DNA of 63,427 nt, the filler included, from Octopus bimaculoides (lineage: Eukaryota), in the NCBI RefSeq assembly GCF_001194135.2. It is 3 parts of 3 records of this genome, joined end to end, with 100 filler letters (N's around TTAATTAATTAA, not from the genome) between each part and the next. Parts side by side here need not be neighbours in the genome. Positions count along the whole stretch, not along the records: positions 31,718 to 56,871 come from NC_068983.1; positions 56,972 to 63,427 come from NC_068981.1; 1 more part is not named here. The stretch is one strand, 5' to 3'. Numbering within the stretch: position 1 is the first letter of the stretch; each line of letters starts with the position of its first letter. The notes beneath the pieces are model-generated. The model made no database searches. It was not told the DNA's origin and saw only the letters and a list, made by a program, of their open reading frames with translations. This document shows, one piece after another, positions 52,404-63,427 of this stretch. The translations under genes and the position numbers were made by a program.

Positions 52404-52478
52404 CTAGCAAGCCAAGCTACTCCAGACTGATGAAGAACAATGACTCTGAAACTAGTTTCTGGATGCTGGCTTTGCTGG
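52404..52478 (+). ncRNA. Minimal type I hammerhead ribozyme in a ~350-nt partially tandem unit
   Basis: UCCAGA-CUGAUGA-AGA(8)UCU-GAAA-CUAGU-U-UCUGGA; palindromic stem III ACUAGU; GUU triplet; extended stem I. Confidence 0.8.
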
Positions 52479-52934
52479 GTGGAAAGATGCTTATCTCCCC
52501 TGTTTCAAAGCATAAAGACACAGTACGCTTGTGTCACATAGCCAACTGGAAACAGTATTTCCCGGGGCTAAATAGCAGTAGCATTCATCCCTTTACTGGG
52601 ACTGCCACATTATGTTGGCAAGAAAACTTCACTTTATCGAGCTGTGATTGCATAAATCTCTCTGAGAGATTTAGAAATGTAATATTTCTAATTGTTAAGG
52701 TCATTTTACAGATATTTTATAGAAAATGTAGCCAGCACTTAATTTTGCAACAAGGCTTTGTATCGAAACATCAACTGTAAATAATCAATGAGATCAAAAA
52801 CAAACGTGGGTAATGAGGGTATATACCATATTTAGGGGGTATATGCCATAGTTAGGGGGTATATGCCATATTTCATTATACATCTAACATTTTATCGCCT
52901 TCGAGCACTCCGATATAGAATATCTCATTTACTA

Positions 52935-53137
52935 TTTTACTCTTTTACTTGTTTCAGTCTTTTGACAGTGGTCATGCTGGAGCACCGCCTTTAGTCGAGC
53001 AAATCGATCCCAGGGTTTATTCTTTTAGAAGCCTAGTACTTATTCTAACTCTTTTGCCGAACCGCTAAGTTACGGGGACATAAACACACCAGCATCGGTT
53101 GTCAAGCGATGTTTGGGGGACAAACACAGACACACAA

Positions 53138-53178
<41 letters not shown>

Positions 53179-53381
53179 NNNNNNNNNNATATATATATAT
53201 ATATATATACATATATACAACGGGCTTCTTTCAGTTTCCGTCTACCAAATCCACTCACAAGGCTTTGGTCGGCCCGAGGCTATAGTAGAAGACACTTGCC
53301 CAAGATGCCACGCAGTGGGACTGAACCGCGGACCATGTGGTTGGTAAGCAAGCTACTTACCACACAGCCACTCCTACGCCT
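52935..53381 (-). mobile_element. SINE family A, young
   Basis: Near-consensus, CpG-retaining reverse copy. Confidence 0.9.
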
Positions 53382-54910
53382 GTAGAAATAACCTTAAGAA
53401 AAAAATGTTAGAAGCACTGCTGACGCACTAGAACGAACTGCTGACTGATAAAAAAAACATTTAGTATACTTATAGAATATCATGTTTGTGTAACTATGTA
53501 CCACGTACATATAAGTCATTAATATTTACATATCAGCTCCAGGAAAGCGTCAAATATGTAAATATTGGTATATCAAGTAACTTAATACCGCTCTAGGCGG
53601 TGGATATGAAAGCAATGTGTTCGAAGGCGGGAATGGGTTAGGTAGGTGCTGATGAAGGGGCAACAACCGCGAAATAATGTCTTCTTTTTTTATCTTTTAT
53701 TAACTTTAGTCATAAAACTGCAGGCAACACATTGAAGGGTGTAATTGAATAAAATGACTGCAGTAATTATTTTAATGTTTTGATATTTCAATCTCATTTG
53801 ACGAACCGATATATTACAAGAATAGAAGCAAACCAAAACCGATTACCACGCTTGGTGGGAGACAAACAGAAACAAAAATGAGGTATAGTAGAATACAATT
53901 GCTGAATCGCCACGCAGTGGAACTTAACTTGGGAGCATGGTGTGGGAAAGAAAATGCTCAAACAGACATCCGTGCGCGTAAAGTAGCTTAATTTCGCTGG
54001 GTTCACCCTATATTCAACTTTGAATTTGAAATGTATATTTAGTGCGCATGAAACTAAAATCACATTTCAGTACACGGAACAAAGGCAAGAGATATAATCA
54101 CCCAATAGTAGATATATCAATATGAATTCCATAGAACTGAATTGCTTTATTGTTCACTTTACCCAATTGCACATATACGAAAATACATTATTTTATCAAT
54201 ACTAATCATGACATGGACATGTAGATGTAACGACGTAGCGACAGGCAATTTGGAAGATATAATAGAATCGAGCATTTTCAAAGATAATAAAATAATTTTC
54301 ACATATGTAGGCAATAGATTGTACGATGCATACAAAATCGGTGATCGTTATGATTAGAACTTCAATTTTAACTGGGCTAAGATTTTCATGTTAATATTCA
54401 AGATATTGCATAATTTAAGTATTGTAAAACGAAAACACAACATAAGCTTTGGGGGCATTACTTTTATGGTAAATAAGTCGTCAGTTTTCAGTTAAAATTA
54501 TTTAATAGAGCAGAGTTAACAATTGCATGAAGTAGAATATCCTGGAATTATTTTTCTTTCATTTCCAAATAAATTTCAAATGGAGATATACATGATATAT
54601 GAAATAATCCGTCCGTCTGCTAACTAAATATCATTTCATTTAGCAAAACTTTACGATGTTAAGAGCATAAGTATTAGAATATAATTGTGTCTGTAGTTAA
54701 GAAAAATGGAATCAGGACTTTGATATGTTTGATATGTAGCCAACGATAAAACTCTCTTTGGAAAACTATTTGGATCTTTTACGTTCAACTTAATTTGCGA
54801 TCAAAAATTAATATAAATCATTAGGAATATGCTGAGTGAATAAAGCGTCGATGCTATGAAGAACACAAAACATTATATATATATATATATATATATATAG
54901 GTATGAGTTA

Positions 54911-55200
54911 AGTGTTTAAAAGCTCTCAGGCATGGTTAAATCCAAAGTCGCTCCTAAACACGTGGAAAATATGCACTTACTTCAACTTGGGACTACATCC
55001 ACTTCACAGCAGAATTATCAACTTAGAAATCTACTGTAATATAAGACTCACCATTCTTTGTCTTTATTCTCGTTACCAAACGACCCCTGTGTCTACATAA
55101 GACAATGCATTCTGACGATGTCTACCACTACAAATGATAAACAGAAACTATCCTAAATGTACTATTACTACCACTTTTCTTTATTCATTAATTAAATTAA
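54911..55200 (+). mobile_element. PLE-like 3' tail (GIY-YIG end plus HHR)
   Basis: ENMHLLQLGTTS resembles the PLE terminal EQ..IF.LGT motif; followed by the HHR at 55106. Confidence 0.4.
55106..55161 (+). ncRNA. Hammerhead ribozyme candidate at a PLE-like 3' tail
   Basis: UGCAUU-CUGACGA-UGUCUACCA(7)UGAUAAACA-GAAA-CUAUCC-UA-AAUGUA; core intact, with a C-C mismatch in stem III. Confidence 0.55.
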
Positions 55201-55269
55201 TGGCTTACTAGCGCAAATGACCAAATTTGTCCTCTTATTTTGCCTCCATTTTCTTGTTGCATATACATA

Positions 55270-55640
55270 TACTGTTTTACTTGTTTCAGTCATTTCACTG
55301 TGGCAATGCTGGAGCACCACCTTTAGTCGAGCAAATCGACCCAGGACTTATTCTTTTTAAGCCTAGTACTTATTCTATCGGCCTCTTTTGCCGAACCGCT
55401 AAGTTACGGGGACGTTACCACCCCCCATCGGTTGGGGGGACAAACACAGACTCAGAAACATATACACACACATGCATATATATACATATATACGACAGGC
55501 TTCTTTCAGTTTCCGTCTACCAAATCTACTCACAAGGCATTGGTCGACTCGACGCTATAGAAGAGGACATTTGCCCATGGTGCCACGCGGTGTGACTGAA
55601 CCCAGAACCATGCGGTTCGTAAGCAATCTACTTACTACTT
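55270..55640 (-). mobile_element. SINE family A
   Basis: Reverse copy with a diverged head. Confidence 0.85.
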
Positions 55641-56118
55641 CTACGTTTATATATATGTATATATATATATAGTCAATTCAAACATGAGCAAGCAAGAAAA
55701 AAAGCAAGAAAAAGCAACAAGGCGAGGACGTGGAATAAGTACAATGTTATTGGACGTTCAGGAAAGGAAAGAAAAGCAAGAGAATTTCATGTTTCGAGTG
55801 GAGCTTTTCATCAGAAATATAGAAAAAGNNNNNNNNNNNNNNNNNNNNNNNNNNNNNNNNNNNNNNNNNNNNNNNNNNNNNNNNNNNNNNNNNNNNNNNN
55901 NNNNNNNNNNNNNNNNNNNNNNNNNNNNNNNNNNNNNNNNNNNNNNNNNNNNNNNNNNNNNNNNNNNNNNNNNNNNNNNNNNNNNNNNNNNNNNNNNNNN
56001 NNNNNNNNNNNNNNNNNNNNNNNNNNNNNNNNNNNNNNNNNNNNNNNNNNNNNNNNNNNNNNNNNNNNNNNNNNNNNNNNNNNNNNNNNNNNNNNNNNNN
56101 NNNNNNNNNNNNNNNNNN

Positions 56119-56160
<42 letters not shown>

Positions 56161-56514
56161 AGACGCCGACAAATAAATATAGTGGCAAAAGTTTATACAG
56201 AAACGGTATCATAAACTAAAACTATGTCAGAACCAAAAGTGCTCCAAAAAAGCTTTAAGATTCTGAATCATTATACAAGTTAAATGACAGCAACAGAAAG
56301 ATGATAAGATTTATAGCGTAACTTAAGACACAATTAGCGGTGGAAAAATAATAATATAATAATGCTAGAAATGTGAATCGTTTAAAATAATAACGAAAGA
56401 GAAGACATTGCCAAAATAAACGATGGATAATTGATTCAGTATAGAGTGTTTTAGTATCGCTCACGTACATTCATACATACATACTTACATACATACATAC
56501 ATCATAACCACCAA

Positions 56515-56871
56515 GTGTCGAAGTGCACCCCTTGATGAAGTCTGCAGACACGAGGTAAATACCATCATGAGATTGGGAAGGCAACTACTTCACAAACATT
56601 TCCTATTCGACAACCCTGAACTCTTACCCAAAGAAATTGCAAGACTCTACCGTAACATAACATGAGAGGAGAGGATGAATGCATTCCAGCAGAAGACCGT
56701 GCATGGATACGTTAACAGAAAGCTCCAGGGTGATAACAACATTGACAACCAGAGCAGTCTATCGTGGACAAACAATCGGGTCACCAACTCTCACTTTGAA
56801 GGGTATGCCTTTGCTATTCAAGAACAAGAAATAGCAACCAAATTCCTAATAAACAAACGGGACAGAGAGGC
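56515..56871 (+). mobile_element. R4/Dong-like (RLE) non-LTR retrotransposon fragment
   Basis: K.VHGY....ID...SLSW...HFEGYAFAIQEQEIATK resembles the R4/Dong motif K.LHG...ID...S..WL...EG...AIQDQ.I.T upstream of the CCHC knuckle. Confidence 0.65.
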
Positions 56872-57849
56872 NNNNNNNNNNNNNNNNNNNNNNNNNNNNN
56901 NNNNNNNNNNNNNNNTTAATTAATTAANNNNNNNNNNNNNNNNNNNNNNNNNNNNNNNNNNNNNNNNNNNNATATATGTATGTGTGTGTGTGTATGTCTG
57001 TATGTGCATATCTCTATATAAGTATTTATGTTAGATATTATAGACGTGGCAAAACTAAATAACACATAGTTGTTATATGTTTATATGCAATGATATACAC
57101 CTCGTATTTAATTACATACATTTATATAGATCACATAGATAATTATATACATACGTTTATGTACACTCCATATATAATTACGTAGTATACACATTTTTTA
57201 CTTGTAATATATCCCATCTATGTAATTAGATTTATAAATACCGATATACAATATTGTGTACATATATTTATACAGATCACAGATATAATTATACATATAC
57301 ACAGATATGACAGAAGTAAATAGACACCCCATAAAACATCGTTTTATGTTTATTCCAACTTGTAAAGGTTTATATTTTTTTATTAACTGACATTATTGTG
57401 TTTCAGGTTCTATATGTGAAACGTTGTGATTAGACCTTGGTTTAATCCAACAGGGATGATCGTGAATAGGAGTTATTTCAGGGGTTTAGGCTCAGTTGTG
57501 CCACAATAGGTCACTGGCTCTTGCCACTCAAATATGCTCAAAATACTTTATAGAAAGATTTTCGTAATTTATTCAAATAATCTCTCTAACAAAAAGATGA
57601 CTTGATTCAGTGAAGGTTCAATGAATTTACTCACAAATTATTTATGTTATCTAAGTGGCTTCAAACTCCTTTCTGTTATTACTATGTTGTCACAGAAGAG
57701 CTTAGGTCAACGTCTGTTTATTCAATGCACTGGAATCAGCCTTGTTTCCGAGGTATTCCTTATTCAGGAAACTACCGAAACGCACATCATACAACTGATC
57801 CAAGAGCAGCCGGAAATATATATGTATATATGATGGATTCTCTCGTCGT

Positions 57850-58345
57850 GAACGACAAATGAGGGCTCAGTAAAAAATAAAGCATTAATCATGTTCTATG
57901 CACACGAATGTGTCTCTTTGGGGTTTGCTGGTACCCTGAAAACCTTTTGGCAAACGGAACAAGTTGAGAACTCAGTTTGCTTGAGTGCTCGTGGATAATT
58001 TATTATGTATTTTCTTGAGTGGATGGTAAGGCGTGGTTTGCTTCGTACCACAAAACCACAATGACAGATAAGGTGTTCATTTAGAGGAGCAGCATTTTTC
58101 CATTGTGCCTCCAGTGTGCTTAGCTAAAATCTTTGAACGGAGGAGAAGTAGGACTGGTGCCAGGTCCTGCGTTCTGATACTTTTCCTTCCCCAGGAAGAA
58201 AAGGGAATGTTGCAGCGCTTCAGATTGTCTTTTAGTTTGTCTTTGAAGCGCAAGAATGACCTTCCAACTGACCTTCCTGTTGGTCAAAGGGAAGTTGCTT
58301 CAGAATTCTGATATCACTCATACGTGAGAGATGACCTGACCATCT
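57850..58345 (-). mobile_element. Second RTE (BovB-like) family C-terminal fragment with zinc-finger-like motifs
   Basis: Minus-strand peptides WSGHLSRMSDIRILKQL, LRFKDKLKDNLKRCNIP..SW, LICHCGF...LTIH and CSVCQKVF...KRHIRVH. Confidence 0.7.
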
Positions 58346-58622
58346 AAACTGATGAGGATGGTTTCAATACCTGATATATTGCATTTTGTTAGCACCTCAC
58401 TGTTATACCAATATCGAACACACATACACAAGATATGTGTTTTGTCAGTTCGTGGGCAGGCTGCGATTGTAGGAGTAAGAAAATATATTCTCATGAATTT
58501 GTCTGATGTTAATATATTCTCTTATGCCTACAGTCTCAGCCTTCCCACGAAGTAGCAAATCACGTACCTTGTGTATGTGTGTTCGATATGCTTATATCCT
58601 TCGTGCTGCTTCTCATTTATAT

Positions 58623-58710
<88 letters not shown>

Positions 58711-59659
58711 GTTCATACATACATATACATACATACATATATATATATATGCACATCCAATCATACACATACATACATACACACACATACACATACATAC
58801 ATACATACATATACATACACTAGATGACATACCCAGTAATTCCCGGGAAAGCGGGGCTTATCCCTTGGTTCCGTTCTCATAATTGTTTCGCTAATCCAAT
58901 AACAACAATACAAAGTATGTAACCCTTAAAACGGTTTTTGTGCATTTACAGAGAATACCGAACTGTTTTACACAGGATCTTGTTTTTAGGAATTCCCAAT
59001 AAGTTATGAATACTCTAATTGTGAAATCAATTATGTAATAACGTGAAATTAGTTACCCAATACTAGGAATTCAAATAAAGTAACCCCGAAAAGAGCTCTA
59101 ATGCGTTCCCAGAGTATACAGAGCATAGGAGGAAATACTAATAAGGTATGTATACTAAAATCGTGAAGCATGTTACGTAATAACAGGCTAATCAGATATG
59201 AGATAATAACAATTCAAAGTAAATAACTCTGAAAAGGGCTTTTGTACGTTCTCAGAGAATATTACTCTCAGGGGCGCTAGTGTTGGTATATTCGTGAATA
59301 AGTCACTAACCGAAATAAGTGGATCTATTGTTTAGGAAAATTCTATTTACATGTTTAAGGGTTGTATTGGATAAATTGCGAAAATAACTCTAACAGTTCA
59401 AATACTAAGAAATANNNNNNNNNNTAGATATAGATAAATGTATATACGCGCGCGCATACGAATATACATACATATATATTTGTACGGATGGATGTCTACA
59501 GCCTACTTATAACGGTAGAAATTCGAGGGTTTAGTGAAATGTTTTATTATAACAAATAAATAAAGAAATGGAGCTAAACGCAAGTGTTATTCAAATCTTT
59601 ATACTTCCGACATATGTTTCGAAGAAAACATTGCTATTATTCCAGAGGGAATAAAATTA

Positions 59660-59845
59660 TGCGTGACCTTAACGTAGTTCTCAAGGAGATTCAGAGTGAC
59701 GCAGAATGTGACAATACTGGCCCCTTTTGAATTACAGGTACAACTCATTTTTGCCAGCTGAGTGGACTGAATCCACTTTGAAATAAAGTGGATTGCACAA
59801 GAGCACAACGCGCCGCCAGGAATTGAACTCACAACCATACGATCG
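59660..59845 (-). mobile_element. SINE family C 5' part
   Basis: GGCGCGTAGCTTAATGGTT...GAGTTCAATTCC tRNA-like head. Confidence 0.8.
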
Positions 59846-61118
59846 CGAGCCGAATACTTGAACCATTAAGCTACGCGCCTTCACAGACCTATAACCAAAG
59901 AGATGTCTGCTGTAACCACCGCGTCTTTTCTTTCAGACATAGTGTATCTAGAACTACATCGTTCAATGTGCCCTTTCTTTTTATGCCGGGGGAGACATGG
60001 AATGTCATTTCTAACAGAAATGTTTGACTAGCGAGCATGGTGGATAGATAATTGGTGTCATCTGAAGTTTCAGAGAAGACATCTTAACCCGAATCTCTTT
60101 TGGAAGTGAAGTTTACGACTTCATTTATTTAAAATTCTCAAACGAAGCAAATCAAAGACGTGTTCGTGCTGCTGTCTTTTCATTAATACTAAATGCTCGC
60201 TTTTGTGACCTTAACAGCAGTGTGAACATTGAATTGCAGTCGAATGGTGATCTCTTTTAACACCACGAAAATTAGAACAATGCCGAACTATGACTAGAAG
60301 CGACAGAGAAATAATTAAATATTTATCGCTAGTTAATAATTATGTCCTTAAGTTACAGACATGGACGGTCACATTCAATTCATTGCCAACCACGACATTT
60401 ACGTAGCCAAAATAACTGATTCCATCGTTAGTAGCCAAACGGTGAGTTAACTTCATAAACCGGAAGTTGACGCATTACCAACCATTAGAGTTCTTTATTA
60501 GCCATCGTTTAAAACTATTTAAGCAGACGTTACTTAACGTTCTACGTTCGAATTCAGTCAAGATTGAATTCCCCTTTTATTTCTTCCAAGAATCAGTGAA
60601 AGACTAGGATCGAATCGAATCAATATATAAACACGCTTTCATGTTTTCGGAAAAGAAAGAAAAAGAAATGAAATAAATATGGCTGCCCTGCGTAGTAACG
60701 TCATTACGTAAAAGTAATTTCTAATATAAATATTTGTTAGACAGACGCCAATGTCTGTCCGTTGAATCTTTGATATTGTTCGTTGTAGCCTACCTACCTC
60801 CAGTAAAACACCCCAATATTATTGCTACAGTATCAAGATTAAATATGTTTTAAATATATTAAATATGTTTTCACACGCCGATCTGTTTGGTTTATTATAC
60901 TGTAAAACGTTTTACACGACTGATAACACACGCACTCACACACATAAGAACAAATATGCATGTGCACACACACACACACACACATATCACACACACACAT
61001 ACACACACACACATATACATATATCACATACACACACATCAAACACATGCTATTGGTATTATGCATATACAAGCATAGGTATATGTATATGCATATATTT
61101 AAATATGTATATATACGC

Positions 61119-61160
<42 letters not shown>

Positions 61161-61599
61161 TCATATACATATACATGTATAAAACAAATTACACACACAC
61201 ATGCAATTTATTTTATGTATGCGTATATACATATATGTGTATACACATGAGCGCATTTATGTGAGTGCGTGTGTGTGCATGTGTGTGTGTGTACTTGCAC
61301 GTTTGTATGCTTGCGTGTATGTGTGCGCGTGCATGTGTGTGTGTATTCACACACACACACATACATAAAACAATAATGAATTTACATTTTTATTACAGTC
61401 TGTCCATCCATATGTATGTTTGAATATTTTTCGTTCCGTAACATCTGAGATCTTTGAACATATGTCTGCTTTGAATCTCGCCATTTATTTACTTATCTAT
61501 CTCACAGACACACTGCAATCTCCTTCCAATTGGCGCCAGATCACCATTCCAGTCAGTCTTGGACTTGTTGATAAACCAATCGATAAAAACACACAGAGA

Positions 61600-61646
<47 letters not shown>

Positions 61647-61937
61647 ATACATACATACACAAATGCATACACACATCAACTTGCACGTACACATCCCTAC
61701 ATTCATAGCTGCATATACATCTATATCTATACACACATACATCTAACTACACACGCATATACACTCATGTTCAGACCCAGATATACATCCTCTATCTCCT
61801 TATATGAATCATACAACACATGTATGTGTGTATCTATTCATATATTGCATATATATATATATACATAAATGTGTTTAATATATATATGTATGTATATGTA
61901 TATATATATGTGTTTGTGTGTGCATGTATGCATGTAC

Positions 61938-62001
<64 letters not shown>

Positions 62002-62350
62002 NNNNNNNNNNNNNNNNNNNNNNNNNNNNNNNNNNNNNNNNNNNNNNNNNNNNNNNNNNNNNNNNNNNNNNNNNNNNNNNNNNNNNNNNNNNNNNNNNNN
62101 NNNNNNNNNNNNNNNNNNNNNNNNNNNNNNNNNNNNNNNNNNNNNNNNNNNNNNNNNNNNNNNNNNNNNNNNNNNNNNNNNNNNNNNNNNNNNNNNNNNN
62201 NNNNNNNNNNNNNNNNNNNNNNNNNNNNNNNNNNNNNNNNNNNNNNNNNNNNNNNNNNNNNNNNNNNNNNNNNNNNNNNNNNNNNNNNNNNNNNNNNNNN
62301 NNNNNNNNNNNNNNNNNNNNNNNNNNNNNNNNNNNNNNNNNNNNNNNNNN

Positions 62351-62387
<37 letters not shown>

Positions 62388-63427
62388 TATATATATGTAT
62401 GTGTGTATGTAGATATGTATGTTTATATAATGTTTTATATGCATGTATATGTTATATGAGGCTATCAGTGAGATACGAGATGTATATCGTATTGTACAGA
62501 TGGATATCATCATCGCCAAATCCACGTAATCTCTGTTTCGTTTAATTGTCACTGCATGATAATGTGGCTGGTGGGGTGGCGTGGAGAGGAAGGCGGAGAA
62601 CTTAAGGGGTTAGTGGTGAGCAGGGGACAGGGTGTGTGGGGTGGTGGTGGAATACATCAGGAAAGCAAAGGATCATTTGGTGGTGGTGGTGGTGGTGGTG
62701 GTGGTGGTTTTTATAGTGCTGACTGTTGGTGGGGTTTTGGTGTTTGCAGTGATGTTGATGATGATGGTGGTGATGGTGTTGTTTAACCCCATGCAGCTTT
62801 GATCAAGCAGCTCTAAGATAAAACGGCATTTCAACCGTGACCATCCCCCCTTTTTATCTTTTTTTTTACATTTTCAGGTACAATGCATCTAGAATTAGAT
62901 TATCCAATGTGTCTTATTATTTTTTTTTGAAAACGTAAATTGAGTAAGATTTGGTTGCTATTTCGAGCAGGTCAATCGTTGGTGGTTGTGGAGTTGTCGG
63001 TAGTGGTAGGTACGACAAAGACACACCTAGATGTAATCAGGTGATATCAGGTGAAGAGCGAGGTTGGAGGGTGTGGACGGATGGTAAGGAAATGGGAATG
63101 TTGAATTTAATCCATTTCAGGTGAATAGATTGATGGATTTAGATTAAAAGATTAACTGGAACGAGTCGCCATGTATTTCTAAGAGGAATGATCGATGATC
63201 GATGTATTACTATAGATATCTGTCTGTCTGTCTGTCTGTCTGGAGAGGGTGTCTCTTTATATCCATGTATGGATGTGTGTTTGCATATGTATGCACGTTT
63301 GAATGAATTTATGTGTATGTATGTGTGTGTATGCATGTATCTATGCATGTATATATGTACGCATGTATGTGTTTGTATATGTATGCATGTATGAATGTAT
63401 GTATGGGTACATATATATATATATATA

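Noticed and set aside
54142-54357. 71-aa ORF with a hydrophobic start
   Set aside because: AT-rich, with no family motif or splice support.
25693-62552. Long ORFs in the track made of X, YIYI, CVCV, THTH or ERER
   Set aside because: These are products of N gaps and microsatellites, not genes.

Overview
AT-rich, microsatellite- and SINE-dense, gappy eukaryotic genomic DNA. The repeat families look like octopus (coleoid cephalopod); that assignment is inferred, not searched. The left half holds six minus-strand coding exons (212 codons) of a CYRI/FAM49 Rac1-regulator gene, starting at ATG 28534; the remaining 3' exons were not found in the window. The right half (about 32-63 kb) has no supportable host gene. 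The rest is mobile DNA: three tRNA-derived SINE families, RTE, R4/Dong and Penelope-like (PLE) fragments, a DD37D Tc1/mariner deletion derivative and MITEs. The main unexpected result is a dense set of type I hammerhead ribozymes (HHRs). Five have complete catalytic cores (4129+, 5203-, 12182-, 52404+, 55106+) and about five more are decayed. Two intact-core HHRs lie on the sense strand of CYRI introns. Three (4.1, 5.2 and 52.4 kb) share a TTATCTCCC(C)TG motif, fold into long rods and sit in roughly 190-350 nt partially tandem units, which resembles a retrozyme-like family. All RNA structures were paired by eye, not computed.
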